Shown one piece after another: positions 11,760 to 24,741 of a DNA stretch of 64,000 nucleotides. This DNA comes from Microbotryum violaceum (Eukaryota), in assembly GCA_001244265.2 (NCBI GenBank), contig CDLV01000011.1, forward strand, positions 1 to 64,000, given 5' to 3'. The number at the start of each line of letters is the position of its first letter. Positions within the stretch are counted from its first letter, which is position 1. A model generated the notes under the pieces. That model was not told where the DNA came from, made no database searches, and was given only the letters and a program-made list of their open reading frames with translations. Position numbers and translations under genes: made by a program.

Positions 11760-13930
11760 AAGCGGCAGGAAGCAGCGCGAAGAGGCAGGAAGAGGCAATG
11801 AAAAGGCGCAGAGAGGCGCGCGAAGTAACTGCGAAGAGCGCGAAGTTCGTCCCAACACGGCGCCGAAGCGCACGCTCAGGCTCTTGCCCCCGCCTCGTCT
11901 ACAACCTCGTCGTCGTCCCCAGTCGCAACGAACTCGGTCAATATATCGAGCTAGAGCGCTTGTGTCTTGACGCAGCATCTACATCGACGCCCCCCAGCTG
12001 CCTTCGTACGACCAGGCTTGCGGCCGGGAGGGACGCGCTCTGAGCCACTCGACCCTGGTACGAGCGCCCGAGAGGCGGCCTCGGAGAGCGAGCATCAGCC
12101 AGAGCCGAGGGGATCTCCAAGGCGGTCCAGATGCAGCTCAACTTACAGTCCGGCCCTCAATACGTATTTCTTCAGCCCGCCGACCCCTGAGCAGCTTGCA
12201 ACAAGCTCGGGCCCAAGGGGCACAACATTGGCACCGAGAAAGCGCTGGACGAGGTCATAAAAGGTGTCAACATGGTGAGTCGACTGGGCTATTCGATCGC
12301 TTGGCAGCGTGAGCGTGTTAGTTTATTCCTTCGAGAGCTGAATCGCCTTTCAAAAGTCGTTTTTCACTGCTGGTATTCTCCTCGCGGTCAGTGGCGACGC
12401 TAATGTATTGGGGCGAGTTCTTGCCTGGCGGCCGGGGTGACTGACTGGTCGGTCGCCAGGCAAGAATTCGCCCCAATACATCAGCGTCGCCCCTGACCGC
12501 GAGGAGACGGCCGAGACGGCCGAGACGACGGCCGACGTCGTGCTCCTGACCCGCGCTGTGGTCGCGCACGACCCAACCCTCCGAATGTCTGGGCTTTTCC
12601 CAGTCACCCCGTTCCCCAAGCCGAGAAACCTGACGCCGATGCGGACCTCGACACCAACCTGAACTTCAACGCAAACGAAAACAGCAGTGGCCAGCATCAG
12701 AACGATGAGGCCGAGGCCGAGGACGCCGAGGACAACGGGTGCGACCAGTACGACGAGGACGTGGCCAAGGTGGACCTGCTATGGGCCAAACGCTACTTCA
12801 CGCACATGGTTCCCATGTGCGAGACCAAAGCGGAAAAGAGTTCAGGTCCATGGACGTGTAGTTTGGACGATTGTCCGGTGCCGGTCGTCGAGCGAGGTTG
12901 TGGTGGCAAGAACGCCGTTTAGCCGATCACTGTCTTTGACGAGACGGTAGAGAAGGTCGACAGCTCTCCATTCTCTTCGGTGACCGTTCTGGAGTTGGTG
13001 ACGAACACCCCGCAAGCAGCCATGACGTAGATTTTGAATCGGTCGCCACACAGGGTGAACCCGATCGCATGTTCTCGAATCGGCGTCGCAAGGGGTGCCG
13101 ATAATCGTCTGAACAAATGGCCCTCGGCCCTGGAGTTGCCCGCTTTGGTCTCGTCGACGGCGGCCACGTGCGTGAAGGAGCGCGAGCGCTTGGCCCGGTT
13201 CACTTCGCCTCGTCCTCCTCGTCGTACTTGTCGGGCCAGCCGGTTCTTCACGCACGTGGCTGCGGTGAGCGAGACCAAAACGGCGAAGAAGTCCAGGGCT
13301 AAGGACGTGTCTTTCGGACGGTTGTCGGCACTCCTCGCGACACCAATCCGAGAACATGCGATTGGGTTCACCCTGCAGTACAACCTTCTAAAAGTTTACG
13401 TCAGGCTGCTTGCGGGATGTCCTTTACCAACTCCAGAACGGTCACCAAAGAGAATGGAGAGCCGCCGACCTACTCTACCATCTCATCAAACACAGTGATC
13501 GGCTAAACGGCGTTCTTGCCACCACGACCTCGCTGGACGATCGCCACGGCCGGTTCACGCTCTGACCGGACTTCTTCCTGCCGGCGGACTCAGACTTCCG
13601 CTGGGGGGCAACGACGATATCCGACGTCGAGCTCGAGAAGTTTGTCTTTCGTCGACTCGGAGAGTGCGGTCGCGCGACGTTGATGTACGAAATCAGCGCT
13701 GGCGAGGGCACCAGCTGCAAGACCCGCGCAATGACGATCACGTGAGTCAAGGAGTCGCGCAACTCGGACTTGGCCGAGATCGTCAACTTCATCCAAGAAA
13801 AGAGATCTCGAAGGCTCGGTCCGCTCGTACTAGGCGTCTTCTGCACCGACTACAGGACTCTCCCGCGTTCCTGCCCAGTGATGAATCCTTTAAAGGTATC
13901 GTCCCGTGGGCCGAGGAGGTTGCCTTATGG
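11760..13930 (+). pseudogene. Second FunK1-type kinase pseudogene, internally rearranged; kinase C-lobe absent
   Basis: 12060-12280 is homologous to the reverse complement of 5100-5330. Also present: NSPQYISVAPDR..TADVVLLT and LLATPIREHAIGFTL..HSDRLNGVLATTTSLDDR, with an inverted extra copy of the latter at ~12870-13176. Start boundary is approximate. Confidence 0.8.
12377..12507. repeat. Fold-back inverted repeat, ~58-bp arms and 15-bp loop, made of FunK1 exon sequence
   Basis: tctcctcgcggtcagtggcgacgctaatgtattggggcgagttcttgcctggcggccg (12377-12434) matches the reverse complement of 12450-12507 with about 4 mismatches. Confidence 0.9.
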
Positions 13931-14799
13931 CGGGAACGAGAACTTGTTCAAATATTACATTGAAGAATGGAATACTGTGTTCGGGTTGTCGTCTTGACGG
14001 AATGAAGTGTGTGAGTAGACGCTGCATGACAATGCAAGTGTTTCATTGTCAAAGGTCAAACTCTTAAGGTGCTTGCGTTTCTGAGTCCTTCCATTAGAAA
14101 CAATTGCCTATCAGTTGGCGGAATCATATGAGTCAGAAAATCGATGAGAATAAAGCTACGACCAGAATTTCGGACTTCGAAGAAAAATCTCAGAAGTTAG
14201 CAATGAAGTGGAGGTCAGGTGGTGTGGTCTTTGCGTGCCCAAGGGCGAGCCAGCTAGCGAAGCACCTATCCAGGAGTGCTCTGATCTCTAGCAAAAGAAT
14301 GCTGATTCTAGATCTAGTAAAAGCTGTAACAATTTACTTGGAGAAACAAATTACTATCGGATCTTAATAATCTCAAGTCGGCAACAACAGTTCTATGCTT
14401 GGTAGAAAAGATTGCCATCACTCTTGGTAATGAATAGTTCGCGGCCGATCATGTCGACCAGGAGTCGAGCGCCGACGACTGAGCTCGTGAGGGCAATGAC
14501 GAGGCGGCCATGTTGAAGCAGCGGTCAGTGGCCTTCACGAGGTTCCTCGAGCGTTGAGGTGAAGCGATTCAGCCACCACCGCTCGCCAGAAGCCAGTCTG
14601 GATACAACTCGGAGGATGTTGACAGAAGATAAGCGGAACGGCTCGGAGGAGCTTTGCCGCCGACAAAGGGCGAGGCGCGAACTGCTGTGAAGTACTCACC
14701 TCCGGTCTTCCGAACGGATCGCACCTCCACTAAGCGGAGTCAACGCCTGTTTGGGTCCAAAGTTGGGCCCGCTCGTTCAGTTGGTGGGGTAAATGCGGA

Positions 14800-16703
14800 T
14801 GGTATCAACTACCATTGCCGAAACGCAGGCGCCGATCAAAGTCTTCTCGCCAGGCGAATAGCGCGAGGCAAAATCCTAAAAGCAAATTCAAGATGGACCA
14901 GTTGGGTGGTAGATTCACATTGCACATCAAGGCAAAGTCAACAATTTCCGTATCGCTTCTGGAGTGCTGTCCAACACTCTTTCCCGCCCCATTTGACACG
15001 CGTAATCGTATCCGCGATTTCACCTCGTGTCAACTCCTCCATCGCTAGCTCGGCGGTTTCAGATTCTCGTCCGGGCACCCACAGACTGCTCACTCGGCCT
15101 TTTGTTGAGGGTTTCGAGCAGTTCTGTAACAGCATTAACAGGATTTCCAAGTAATTGCATTGCGCTTCGGTCGGGTCTTCCGATCGCCACTGCGTGTTTC
15201 GATTGAGTGAGAAGTCGGGGCGCCAGTCAGGGTCGTTGCTAACGAGTTGGTCCATTTCCTTGATCAGAGATGCCAGATCCTGTGCTTTCCGAGTGTGATC
15301 GACTCGGAGAAATAGTCACCATACTCGTTTGCATCATCGTGCTTTCCATCCTCGTGCTCGTACCCCGTCGTTTTTCAGAGTCTCCCATCTTCAGACACAT
15401 GTCCTTCGACTTTTATATGACGTTTCGAGCCAACCACGAGAACGTAAGCCTCATTGCCGAGCCCAACCCACGCATTGGGAGTGTTTCGCCACACGTCAAG
15501 ATGACCGGAAGGATCGTCGGGTGAAGAAGCGGCAAGATACTCCGGTGCGGACGCAAAGACGTCATGTTCGAGGTGAGGAACGATGTCTTGCGCTTGAATA
15601 GGACTCATGAATTCGAGTGGCGGTGGTGCCATTTTTTCGCCGTCTCTGGCCGATCGGTCTGTGCGGGCGTGCCAATACGTTGTCAGCTCCCGTTTGCGAA
15701 TGTCCTTGAAGGTGGCCTGGAGCTTACCCGCGTTCAAGACATTGTATTTGACATCAAATAGGTTAGGGGAACACGCAAGCCCGTCGGTGGCGTTTCCCAC
15801 GAATTCGAATACATGGCAGTGAGTCTTGTTCGTCTCGGGACTCAGGCGCATTCCTCGGCCGAGCATTTGCAAACATCGTGGCCAGGAATAGGTCGGGTGA
15901 ACTGCCATGATCGAGTCGATAAATGGGAGGTCAACACCTTCAATGAACAGGTCTGCAGGATCATGAAAAAATGTGAATGAGTGAGTGCGGAGCGTGCGTC
16001 AAGCTCGTCTGGCTCGCGGAGACTCACTGCAATTGATGAGTACATGAATCTCACCCGCTCGAAACAGATCAAGGACTCCCTTATTCTCGACCTTTGACGT
16101 GGTACCATCAACCGCGCGCGCAAAAACTCCTTGCGCCTGAAACTCAACCTCCAGTGATTTCATATGTTGGATGTTGCACGCATACACCACAGTGGAAGTG
16201 TAGAGTCCCTGAATTTTGTTCTTATACACCGCGACAACGATCTCGTTCACCGTCTTTCGATCGACCACTTCCGCCAACGCCTTGAGGACAAAGTCACCAT
16301 TCTTCCCCTTCCTCCGGACGGATTTGAGATCCAAACCTTCCCCAAGTTTAACGGTGGTGAAACGCATCTCGGACAACTACCCTGCAGCAACCATGTCCAA
16401 CCAAGAAGCGTGCCAGACGATCTTCTCGAAAACCTTGCCGACCGAGACCTCGTCCGCTCGCATGAGTGTGGCGCTCACCCCAACGATCGGGACACACGGC
16501 TCGCCGTTCGGCGACATCGTGAAAGGCGTAGGGCCAAGATGGCGGGGGAGTGGTCGTTTACAATCCTTCGTCGAGTGCTCGAATACATAGGGTTCAACAG
16601 TGTTCTGTTCGAGTAGTCGATCACTCGCCTTGTCGAGTCGTACGAGCCGTGGATCAAAGTGGCGCGCAATCTTGAGGTAAGTCTCGGCGACGGAATGATG
16701 AGC
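14800..16703 (-). pseudogene. IRC3: IRC3-like mitochondrial DExH helicase, 5'-truncated with a premature stop
   Basis: AHHSVAETYLKI, VPIVGVSATL, GDFVLKALAEVV, STVVYACNIQH, FRAGEIHVLINC, LFIEGVDLPFID, QMLGRGMRLSPET and the C-terminal WR..PTEAQ..LTRGEIADTITRVKWG. In-frame TAG at 16377-16379 sits where a Trp is expected. No Walker A region upstream. Confidence 0.8.
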
Positions 16704-16764
16704 CTGAGAGAGGCTCGGAGCAATCGTCTTTACTAATCACGTCGTGGGAGATGGATACGGTATG

Positions 16765-17087
16765 TGTTGAAGTAAATTACTCTTGCCTTAAATCCGCACT
16801 ACGCGCGTCTCCACTTTATATTAGTCGCGCGCGCGATTCGCGTCTTTGTCTCCTCTTCTTCACTTGATTACGAACTCATTGGCTCGTCCCTGCCGCCAAC
16901 TCGTTCAGGTCTGTGAAGAACTCCTTTATTGAAATCTTCACTTGATTACGAACTCATTGGCTCGTCCCTGCCGCCAACTCGTTCAGGTCTGTGAAGAACT
17001 CCTTTATTGAAATCTTCACTTGATTACGAACTCATTGGCTCGTCCCTGCCGCCAACTCGTTCAGCACATCGCTGTTCAGTTTCAATA
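16765..17087. mobile_element. LTR-like segment
   Basis: Starts tgttgaa and ends ttcaata (one transition from the inverted ttcaaca). Has an internal TATA-like tttatatta. No target-site duplication found. Confidence 0.4.
16857..17064. repeat. 78-bp tandem repeat, ~2.7 identical copies
   Basis: The unit tcttcacttgattacgaactcattggctcgtccctgccgccaactcgttcaggtctgtgaagaactcctttattgaaa starts at 16857, 16935 and 17013. Confidence 0.95.
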
Positions 17088-17558
17088 ACCCCACCTATGA
17101 TACGTATATACTGAGCGAGTCTTGATGACTCGCGGCACATATACCTTATTCGGGGGAGCAATCGTCCCTTTCATGTTGTTTTCAGAATCAGACATTGTTG
17201 TGCAATATTACTATGAGCGTGCGTTGAAGTTCTACCAGATTCAATCCCTGAGACGATGATCGGGCAAGTCGCTCATGACCATGCTTTGCGAAAATTCAGC
17301 CCTCTTCGAATCGCTCGGCTCTCGAACCTCATTTCTAGTCTCGAAAGAAAAGAAGTATCCGTTTGATTACTCTACACATTACCACCACCCTACGTACTCA
17401 AAAGAAGACGAGACGAAAAAACGAAATCCTACAAAAATTGTACCTAAACACTTCCATCCGACTCTTTACAATTACACCTGACCTCGTTACTCGGGACGGA
17501 TCGCGCCTTGCACGGGCCTGACCCAGAGACGAATGATCGCGTCCGCCGGGGTTGCTCT

Positions 17559-18559
17559 TTACATAAAGTCACCTCTTAATCGTCGCACGAGCTGCATATC
17601 CCTCTGCATGATCGTAACGCGCCGTGCGTGGAGCGCGCCTGCGATAGAAACAAAATGATCCGGACGATGAACCGAGTCAGTCGAGTTGGCCCCACATCGA
17701 TTCGAGGCAGCGATCTTGGATGATTGGGCTTACACAAATTGGCGTCCTCGAAGAGGTGGATGAGATATCTGATCGCATGAGAAACAATGAACATCAGCCC
17801 CTCTCGATCAGCTCGGAATGATCCACATTGTCATGGTCGTCACGCCTCGTTCAATATCACTTGGCTACTGTCCCCACCAGATCGATTCAGCGAAAACTCA
17901 CGCCTCTGTTGCCTCCTGCAAGGCCATCAACGCCGACGCCTGCCACCTCAACCCGACGCGCTGACCATCATCGTCAAAAAAGTCCGAGGCGATCTCGCGA
18001 ACCTGAGCAGCCCTCGAAGTATCAGCGACAGGTCAAAGTTTTTGCACCTCAACTTTTGCTGAACGTACGACTCGAGCAAAGGGCAGTTTTCTGAGCAAGA
18101 GGTCGGTCGATTTCTGGTACTTGCGGATCTCGCGTAGGGCGACCGTACCGGGTTTGAATCGTTTGGGTTTCCCTCCGGCGGTTTGTTGGCCCGCTGTAAG
18201 GTAAGGGATGAAGGTTAGTACATTTGAACTATGATGACGCGTAGACGCCCCTTGGTCATTTCGCCTCGTCGCTTGACGCGTTGCACCCTCGCCCTCTACG
18301 CGTCACCAACGCCCCACATCACACCGCCCTCCTCAAAAAAAAAAAAAAACCCACGTCTCGTCTTACCACCGATGGATTTTCTCCCGACCGTCGATGCTCT
18401 CCCCTTTGCGGCCACTCCAGCTCCAGTAGGGACCGACTTTCTCCCCTTTCCACCCGTCAAACCACCCCCCAACGCTTGCCCCGCAAGACCAACTTGTCCC
18501 GGTGGTCGATTGGTCTTGACCGCTGCTCCGGTCGTCGGTCTTTGTGGTGTGACGGCCAT
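17559..18559 (-). CDS. CSE4: Centromeric histone H3 variant (CenH3/CENP-A/Cse4), 5 exons
   Basis: Spliced translation ends ..[105 protein letters not shown]. CenH3 hallmarks: LPFAR rather than LPFQR, LRWQ rather than LRFQ, DAN rather than DTN, a longer loop 1 and a divergent long tail. All four GT-AG introns keep the frame. Confidence 0.92.
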
Positions 18560-18869
18560 ACTGGAGGGAGAGGAGGGAGGGAGGGGAGCGCGGAGGTAAA
18601 GGGCGCGCGAACGACGAGGTGTGATGATGGGTGCGGTCAAAGCGCAAGCGATCCAGGACAGGGACCGATCATCACATTTTAACCTGATCGCGCGGGACAT
18701 TTATTACGCACGGTCGACCTCGGCTCACAAACTTCATCTTGGGAGTTCGGATTTTGCTGATTCGAATTCAATACAACAAAAATAAACCCTAATAATAAAA
18801 CTCCAGAATATACGCTAACCCTTCTTCAAGCTCTGTTTCTGACCTGATATGCGAACCGAACTGTTTTCT

Positions 18870-20485
18870 TCACCGAAACGCCGAAACGACCGCTTCAAAA
18901 ACAAAGAAGCACACCTGAATCACCCAAACAAAACACGTTGTTGGCGTGAAAAAAATCAGTCAACCTGCTCCCCAACCAAACCATCGACCACTTCGGCCCT
19001 CACTCAACTCACCATATTCACCGGTACGCTCCTCAACAACGTCGGTCCCAAACCAACGAAGAACACCTTGGCCCCTTCCGCTCGATAAGAATTCCGAATC
19101 GTCGATGAGACGGTGCGATAAGGATGGGGTACCGTTCGAGCTTGATCGACGTAGGCTTCCGAAGCTTGTATACGAGTTTTAACCACGTCCATTGCGAAGC
19201 TGCGTGAGGTTTCAGGGGAGAGAGAGGAAGTGTTGCGCACCCCAAACCAATTCAGCATCTCGATCGCTCGACGTAATCCGTCTGAACCGAATGCAAGATG
19301 ATGAACACTCTTCGCTGAAAGATGGACTGACTCACGTACTACCCCATCCCGCAATACCCGCCAACCCACCGGCGATCAAAACCCTCGCCGTACCCGGCAC
19401 CTCTCTCCCATCCTCCTCCACTCCCTCCCCACCTCTCCCTGGGCCTGCCCTCCCAAATCGACTCCTAATCACGGCCTCGTAAACGCCAAAATACGGACCA
19501 TACCCTAAATCCCTCCAACATGTCGCCTTCCAACCCCTATAAAGTCCCCTCGCACCTACCTTGTTCACCAACTCGACCAAACGCGGTTGTCTACCCCTTA
19601 CGGATTGTTGTAAGATTTTGAGACGCTCGATCGGGGTCGTGATGATGGAAGTGACTAGACCGGAAGCGGATCCGGAGAGGACGATGACGAGGAGTGAAGG
19701 TTTTGAGGAGGGAGTGGAGGTGTCGAAAAGAGGTGCGAGGTGACGTTGGGCGAGGCCATAGGAGGAGAATACGCAGGCGTTGATGGCGGCGACACCGAGC
19801 TGCGAGAGAGATGAAGACAAGGGACGAAGCAATTATTTAAAATCCAAGTGGGTCTTTTTTTCGCTCGAAATGACTGAAAGGAGCGAAGAGATAGGGTTGG
19901 ATCGCAAAAAGGTCCTTACCATCGGCGATGTCTAGGGATACAGGGATGACGAAAAAAGTTTTCTTTGTCAGCGGTGAATCTAGTCATTACTCCACGAGTC
20001 GTCCGGTGATTCGCACTGACCACTCCTTTGAACAGTCCCTTGAGCTACTCGGATCAACGCAAGGCACGTCCGAAAGAGCGAAAGAAGACCTCAAGACCGA
20101 ATCAGCCGAACTTTTTGGTCGCTAAAGCTCCGCTCCGGCCGTCGCCCGCCGATTAGGCTTAACGGACCTTCTCCTCCTCGACAATCTTGAAGAAGCCATG
20201 CACGGCATTGCGATACGTTTTGTGGCTTCGATCCTGACACTGCAACCTGACCTGTACACGTCGATGAAGAGGTACAAGTCAGCTTTGGCGCATGGAAGCT
20301 GTTCCCGTCAAGTGTACCTTGATCGTATCGAACGGTTGTCCGGTCAAGAGACTAGCTACGCCTGCAACGGTGCCCGCGAGAAAGTCAAGGCGGGGATCTA
20401 GGGTCGTCGTGGTGGGTGTGGTGGTCGTGGATGCGGTCGTCGCAAGAGACGATGATAGTTGGGCGCCTTCATGGCCGAGACTCAT
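18870..20485 (-). CDS. Mitochondrial carrier (SLC25; carnitine/acylcarnitine or basic amino acid carrier-like)
   Basis: Three Px(D/E)xxK-type signatures: QPFDTIK, TPIERLK, FAMDVVKTR. Also GLYRG and GLGPTLLRSVPVN. Last exon reads VCFFVFEAVVSAFR*. Confidence 0.88.
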
Positions 20486-20494
20486 GCGACGAGA

Positions 20495-20498
20495 AAGG

Positions 20499-20531
<33 letters not shown>

Positions 20532-20552
20532 AGGTGAGGAAGGCGAGGAAGG
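20495..20552. repeat. 9-bp tandem repeat (aaggcgagg)~6 just upstream of the carrier ATG
   Basis: Read directly at 20495-20552. Confidence 0.85.
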
Positions 20553-20786
20553 GTTCGTTCGGTGATGAAGCCGTTCAGTGAAGCTGTCACGGGGAGGAAC
20601 GCGCCCTAACGCGCCCCTTGCGCCGGTCGGCTCCACCTGACCACCTCCGCACGCGGTCCGAGCGCAGACAACGCCACGCCTCGGGTGCGCGCGATCAACT
20701 TCGCAGCCGGCGATCATCAACACGCGCTTCTCCACTCCTCTCCTCGCATCCCAACCCAACCCAACCGCGCCCTCGCACCAATCGTC

Positions 20787-23154
20787 ATGGGCAAGAAATC
20801 ATCCTCCAAATCGACCGCAACCGAAGCAGGTCTATCTTCATTCCTTCTAGCTCAGGGCGAAGGCTCCAAGGATAATGAGCTCGATGCCGTCTTTGCCAAT
20901 TCGGTTCGTTCCCTTGACTTAACGCTTGTTTGAAGTAGTGGTACTCATCTCTTTGTATCGTGCATTTTTTTGGAGCAGAAAGGCCCTTCAACTTCCATCG
21001 CCGCGCCTTCGTTGATCCCGATAGAGAAGAAAAAGGACAAGCGACACAAGTCCAATAAGGGTAAAGACAAGCGCAAACCCGTCGTCGTACCCGAACCCGT
21101 AAACGAAGCACCCAAATCCGAGACGGAAGGAGAAGAAGAAGAAGTCGACGATGAGATTCTCGAACCGCTCGAGATCGACTCGGACGCTTCGCTCGAGATG
21201 CCTTCCTCCGATGATGATGATGAAGATGACGATGAGAATGATGACGGTGTCGAACAGGCTTATGCAGCCAAGTTGGCCGCTCGGAGGATCAAGGAGGTGC
21301 CATCCAAGAACAAGAAGCGCAAGGTCGAAGCAGAGCGATCTGATGAGCAAGACTCGGAGGCTTCGGATGAAGAAGACGACGAAGACGAGCACACAGACGA
21401 AGAAGAAGACGAAGAGATGATTGACGCCGACGACTTGACACCGGGCACGATCCTCGCCACCAAACAAAGCAAGTTGACCATTAGCGAAGATACTACCACC
21501 TCGAAGAAGAAGCCGAGTAACAAGGACAAGCGCCTCGAACGTGACGACACGCCCGAGCAGAGGGATGCGCGAACCGTCTTCCTCGGCAACGTTCCCGCGA
21601 CGTGTGCTACTTCCAGGGTCGGTCAAGACAAGAGAGTGGATGATGTCGACCGCGAAAACTAACGCCTGAAATTTCCCACGTCTAACCCCCACAGCCCATG
21701 AAGAAGGCACTGATCCGACACGTGCTGCAATCGCCGACCTTGCTTCAACTTCTGCCCGCCGACTTCCCTACGCTCAAGTGCGACTCGATTCGCTTCCGCT
21801 CCATCGCCTTTGCCTCGACCGTCTTCGGCCGCAAGGAGTCGCAAACCAACGATCCCGACGCCCTCGAGGTGGACGCTGAGGGTGGCCGCAACCGCAAGCG
21901 AGCGCGAGAATGGCGCGACGCTGAAGGTTCGGACCAACGCGGTGTTCGAGGTGGTTTCCACGCCAAAGAGCCCGTACCTTCCTCGTCCTCGAACCGAGGG
22001 TCCTCCGGTGCCCTCACGGACGGTCAAAAGCGCCGTGTAGCCTTATTCCGAGGAGATCTGAACCAAGGCAAATCGACCTGCAACGCCTACCTCGTTCTCG
22101 AACCGCTCAAGAACACGCCCTCCTCCTCCCTCTCCGACGCTGATCTGCTCAAGCTGATCGTGCAATCCGTCGACGCGACCCATTTTGAAGGTTACACCCT
22201 CCGAGCCGACATCGTCCGACCACGCTCTACAGCAGCCCTGATCGCAGCCGCTCAGATCTCCGCCAAACCGGATCTCTCAATCCCGCTTCCCGCGAACGCC
22301 CCTAAAGGACCGGTCTACGTTGTCCCTACCGCCGAAGCACGTCGAACGGTTTTCATCGGCGGGTTGGATTTTACCGAGACGGAGGAAAATGTGAGAAAGG
22401 CGATCGAAGCTGTTTTGGTGAGGGAGAAGGGACAGGCTTCGAGTGTGAAGGGATGGGTCGAAGGCGTTCGTTTGATTCGAGATGCGAGTTCTGGATTGGG
22501 CAAAGGTTTTGGATACGTTTTGCTTCAGGTCGGCCGCGGTAGTTCTCTACACAGAAGGTACTGCCTTGTCATTAACTCTCTTTTTTCGCGCAGGACCCCT
22601 CATGCGTCGACGAACTGCTCGCTCTTCCCCCAGGCAAATTCCTCAAAGTTTCAAAACGTAAAGTCCGTCTCGAGCGCTGCAAAACAGGTATCGCCGCCGC
22701 ACGAGCGAAAGCCTCCGCGAACGCCAAGAACCCATCTTCCCTCTCCACCACCTCTAAGCCAACGACCCAAAAATTGGGTGGGCAAATTCTCGCCGCTCCT
22801 CGAGACCCTTCTCTACGCCTCGGTAATCGTCCCATCATCTCCAGTTCTAAACTGGCTTCCCAAGCCGCGCTAGTTGAAAAACAAGCGGCTCAAGCGGCAC
22901 AATTGGCATCTTTACCCGCCTCTGATCGTAAACAAATCAAAGCGCTCGATCCGGATCGTTTGGCCCGTCGAGCGGAGAAGAAGAAGCAAAAAGTGCTCAG
23001 TGAGCGGTACGAGCGCAAGATGGCGAATTTGGAAAAGAGCGGCGCGGGTATTTTAGGGAGGGAGAGTAGGGGAGAGTTGAGGAGGAGGAAGGAGAAGAAG
23101 AGGGTCAAGGAAGGGAATCGGACGGGTAAGAGGGCCAAGAAGGGGGATTTGTAG
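20787..23154 (+). CDS. NOP12: Nucleolar RRM protein Nop12 / RBM34
   Basis: Acidic/Lys-rich N-terminus, RTVFLGNVP, CDSIRFRSIAF, STCNAY, second RRM RTVFIGGLDF..VRLIRD..GLGKGFGYV and a basic C-terminal tail. Confidence 0.88.
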
Positions 23155-23289
23155 ATGGAGTTATTTTGTACTGCTATATCGCGAGTCGGGTGGATTTGTC
23201 CCCCAAGGTTTTCTCGGGTTTTGAGAAACCAGCAGAAAGGGTGAAAGAGAGGATTATGATCTTATACAAACACGCAAATACATAACCTC

Positions 23290-24218
23290 CTAAGCCATCA
23301 CCACCTCCCTGACGTACTGCTTCCTAAACGGATTCTCCTCCGTCTTGTCCGACCGATCATGGGGGACCCACTTGGGCTCATCCTTGAACAACCTCATCGC
23401 TTTGATGTAATCACCTTCATCCAGAGTGAACCGATGGTAGATGCCGGGGGGTAGGACGATAAGGTCACGCGGTTCGACGGCGATGCGAATCCAGCGCTCG
23501 TCGGAACGGTCTGTCATTTCGCCGAGGGCAAGGGGCGAAGTTCAGAGTCAGGTCCTGCCAGACTAGGGATTTGGTCTCGAGAGCGAAAAAGGGCGCAACG
23601 CAACGTACCTCGCACATCAAAAAACCCAGAGCCTTCCTTGATGTACCGAATCTCCTCGTCCTCGTGCAGGTGCTCGCTGTTCGATCGAGCACGTTTGAGA
23701 AAGTCAGCGACGGGAGAGCGAGCCGAACGTGCGATCGCGCGGATCACGTCATCGTCCCCCTTTCGGCATCACGAAGGCTGACGAAAGATGTGTGGATCGT
23801 CTGAATAAAACTGACGAGAAGAATCCCTTGATCTTGGTCTCGTACGCGTCTCCCAATCCGGCACGAGAGACGTTGATCTCGTCGTTGTTCTTGTACGATC
23901 GGTCTCTCGCACTGCCAAAGTCCGGTAACCGCATAGCATCAGCCATCCCTACATCCGGTCGATGCATCCCCCACGATGGATTCAAGGTGGCGCTCACATC
24001 TGCTCGACCTTGTCGATGCCAATGTCGGGATGGGGCAACAGACCGAGTGCCTCGAGGCTGGCGAGGGAGACCTCTTCGCCCGAGTGGTGGGGCAGACGTT
24101 GGTCGCCGGGGATGTCGTCGCTGCAACGTGCGCGGTTCGGTGTAAAGTCAGTCAGTATAGTGGAACTCTAAAGTGGGAACAGAGCGATAGTGCGCGCGCA
24201 CAAGTAGTAGGCCTTCAT
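23290..24218 (-). CDS. ADI1: Acireductone dioxygenase (methionine salvage)
   Basis: [72 protein letters not shown]. Confidence 0.93.
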
Positions 24219-24741
24219 GGTGAGTGTATGTGGAGGAAGATGGACAACAGCCGCCGCGCGCGCGATGAGCACCCACCACTAATTGGAATTGGGCTGCGAA
24301 TGGCGGCGAGAAAGCCGAATTGACACTTACCGGATTGCCGAATTGACATTCACCGAATTACCGAATTTGTTTTGTGGCGCGCATAACTTGAAGGCCGCCA
24401 CGCGCTCTCGGCTGTGAATCGAAGCTCGCTTGTCGTTCGTCCGATCCGATCGCCCAGCCCACACGACACTACGGAGAGCTTACCTCGCATGCTACCCTCA
24501 CTCGAACCTGAAGACGATCCGTGCAGCACCATCTGAGTTGCACTGATCCGCACGCTGCTGTACGCTGCGCTCGGCCTGAAACGAACGACGGCGCGGCCTC
24601 GGGGAGCTGGGCTTCGGTGACGACAGCGGGCGATCCCAGCGGAGCCCAGCTAAGCCCAGCTGAGACCCGCTGAGGCCAGCTGAGGCCAGCATCCGAACTG
24701 CTCACTGCACACACCAGTGACGACCACGAGCAACAGCAGCC

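Noticed and set aside
16857-17064. Regular repeats resembling a CRISPR array
   Set aside because: Units are contiguous and identical with no variable spacers, the context is eukaryotic, and no cas genes are present.
24640-24692. 10-bp tandem repeats (ccagctgagg-like) between ADI1 and the NT-C2 gene
   Set aside because: Short degenerate promoter/UTR repeat with no supportable function.
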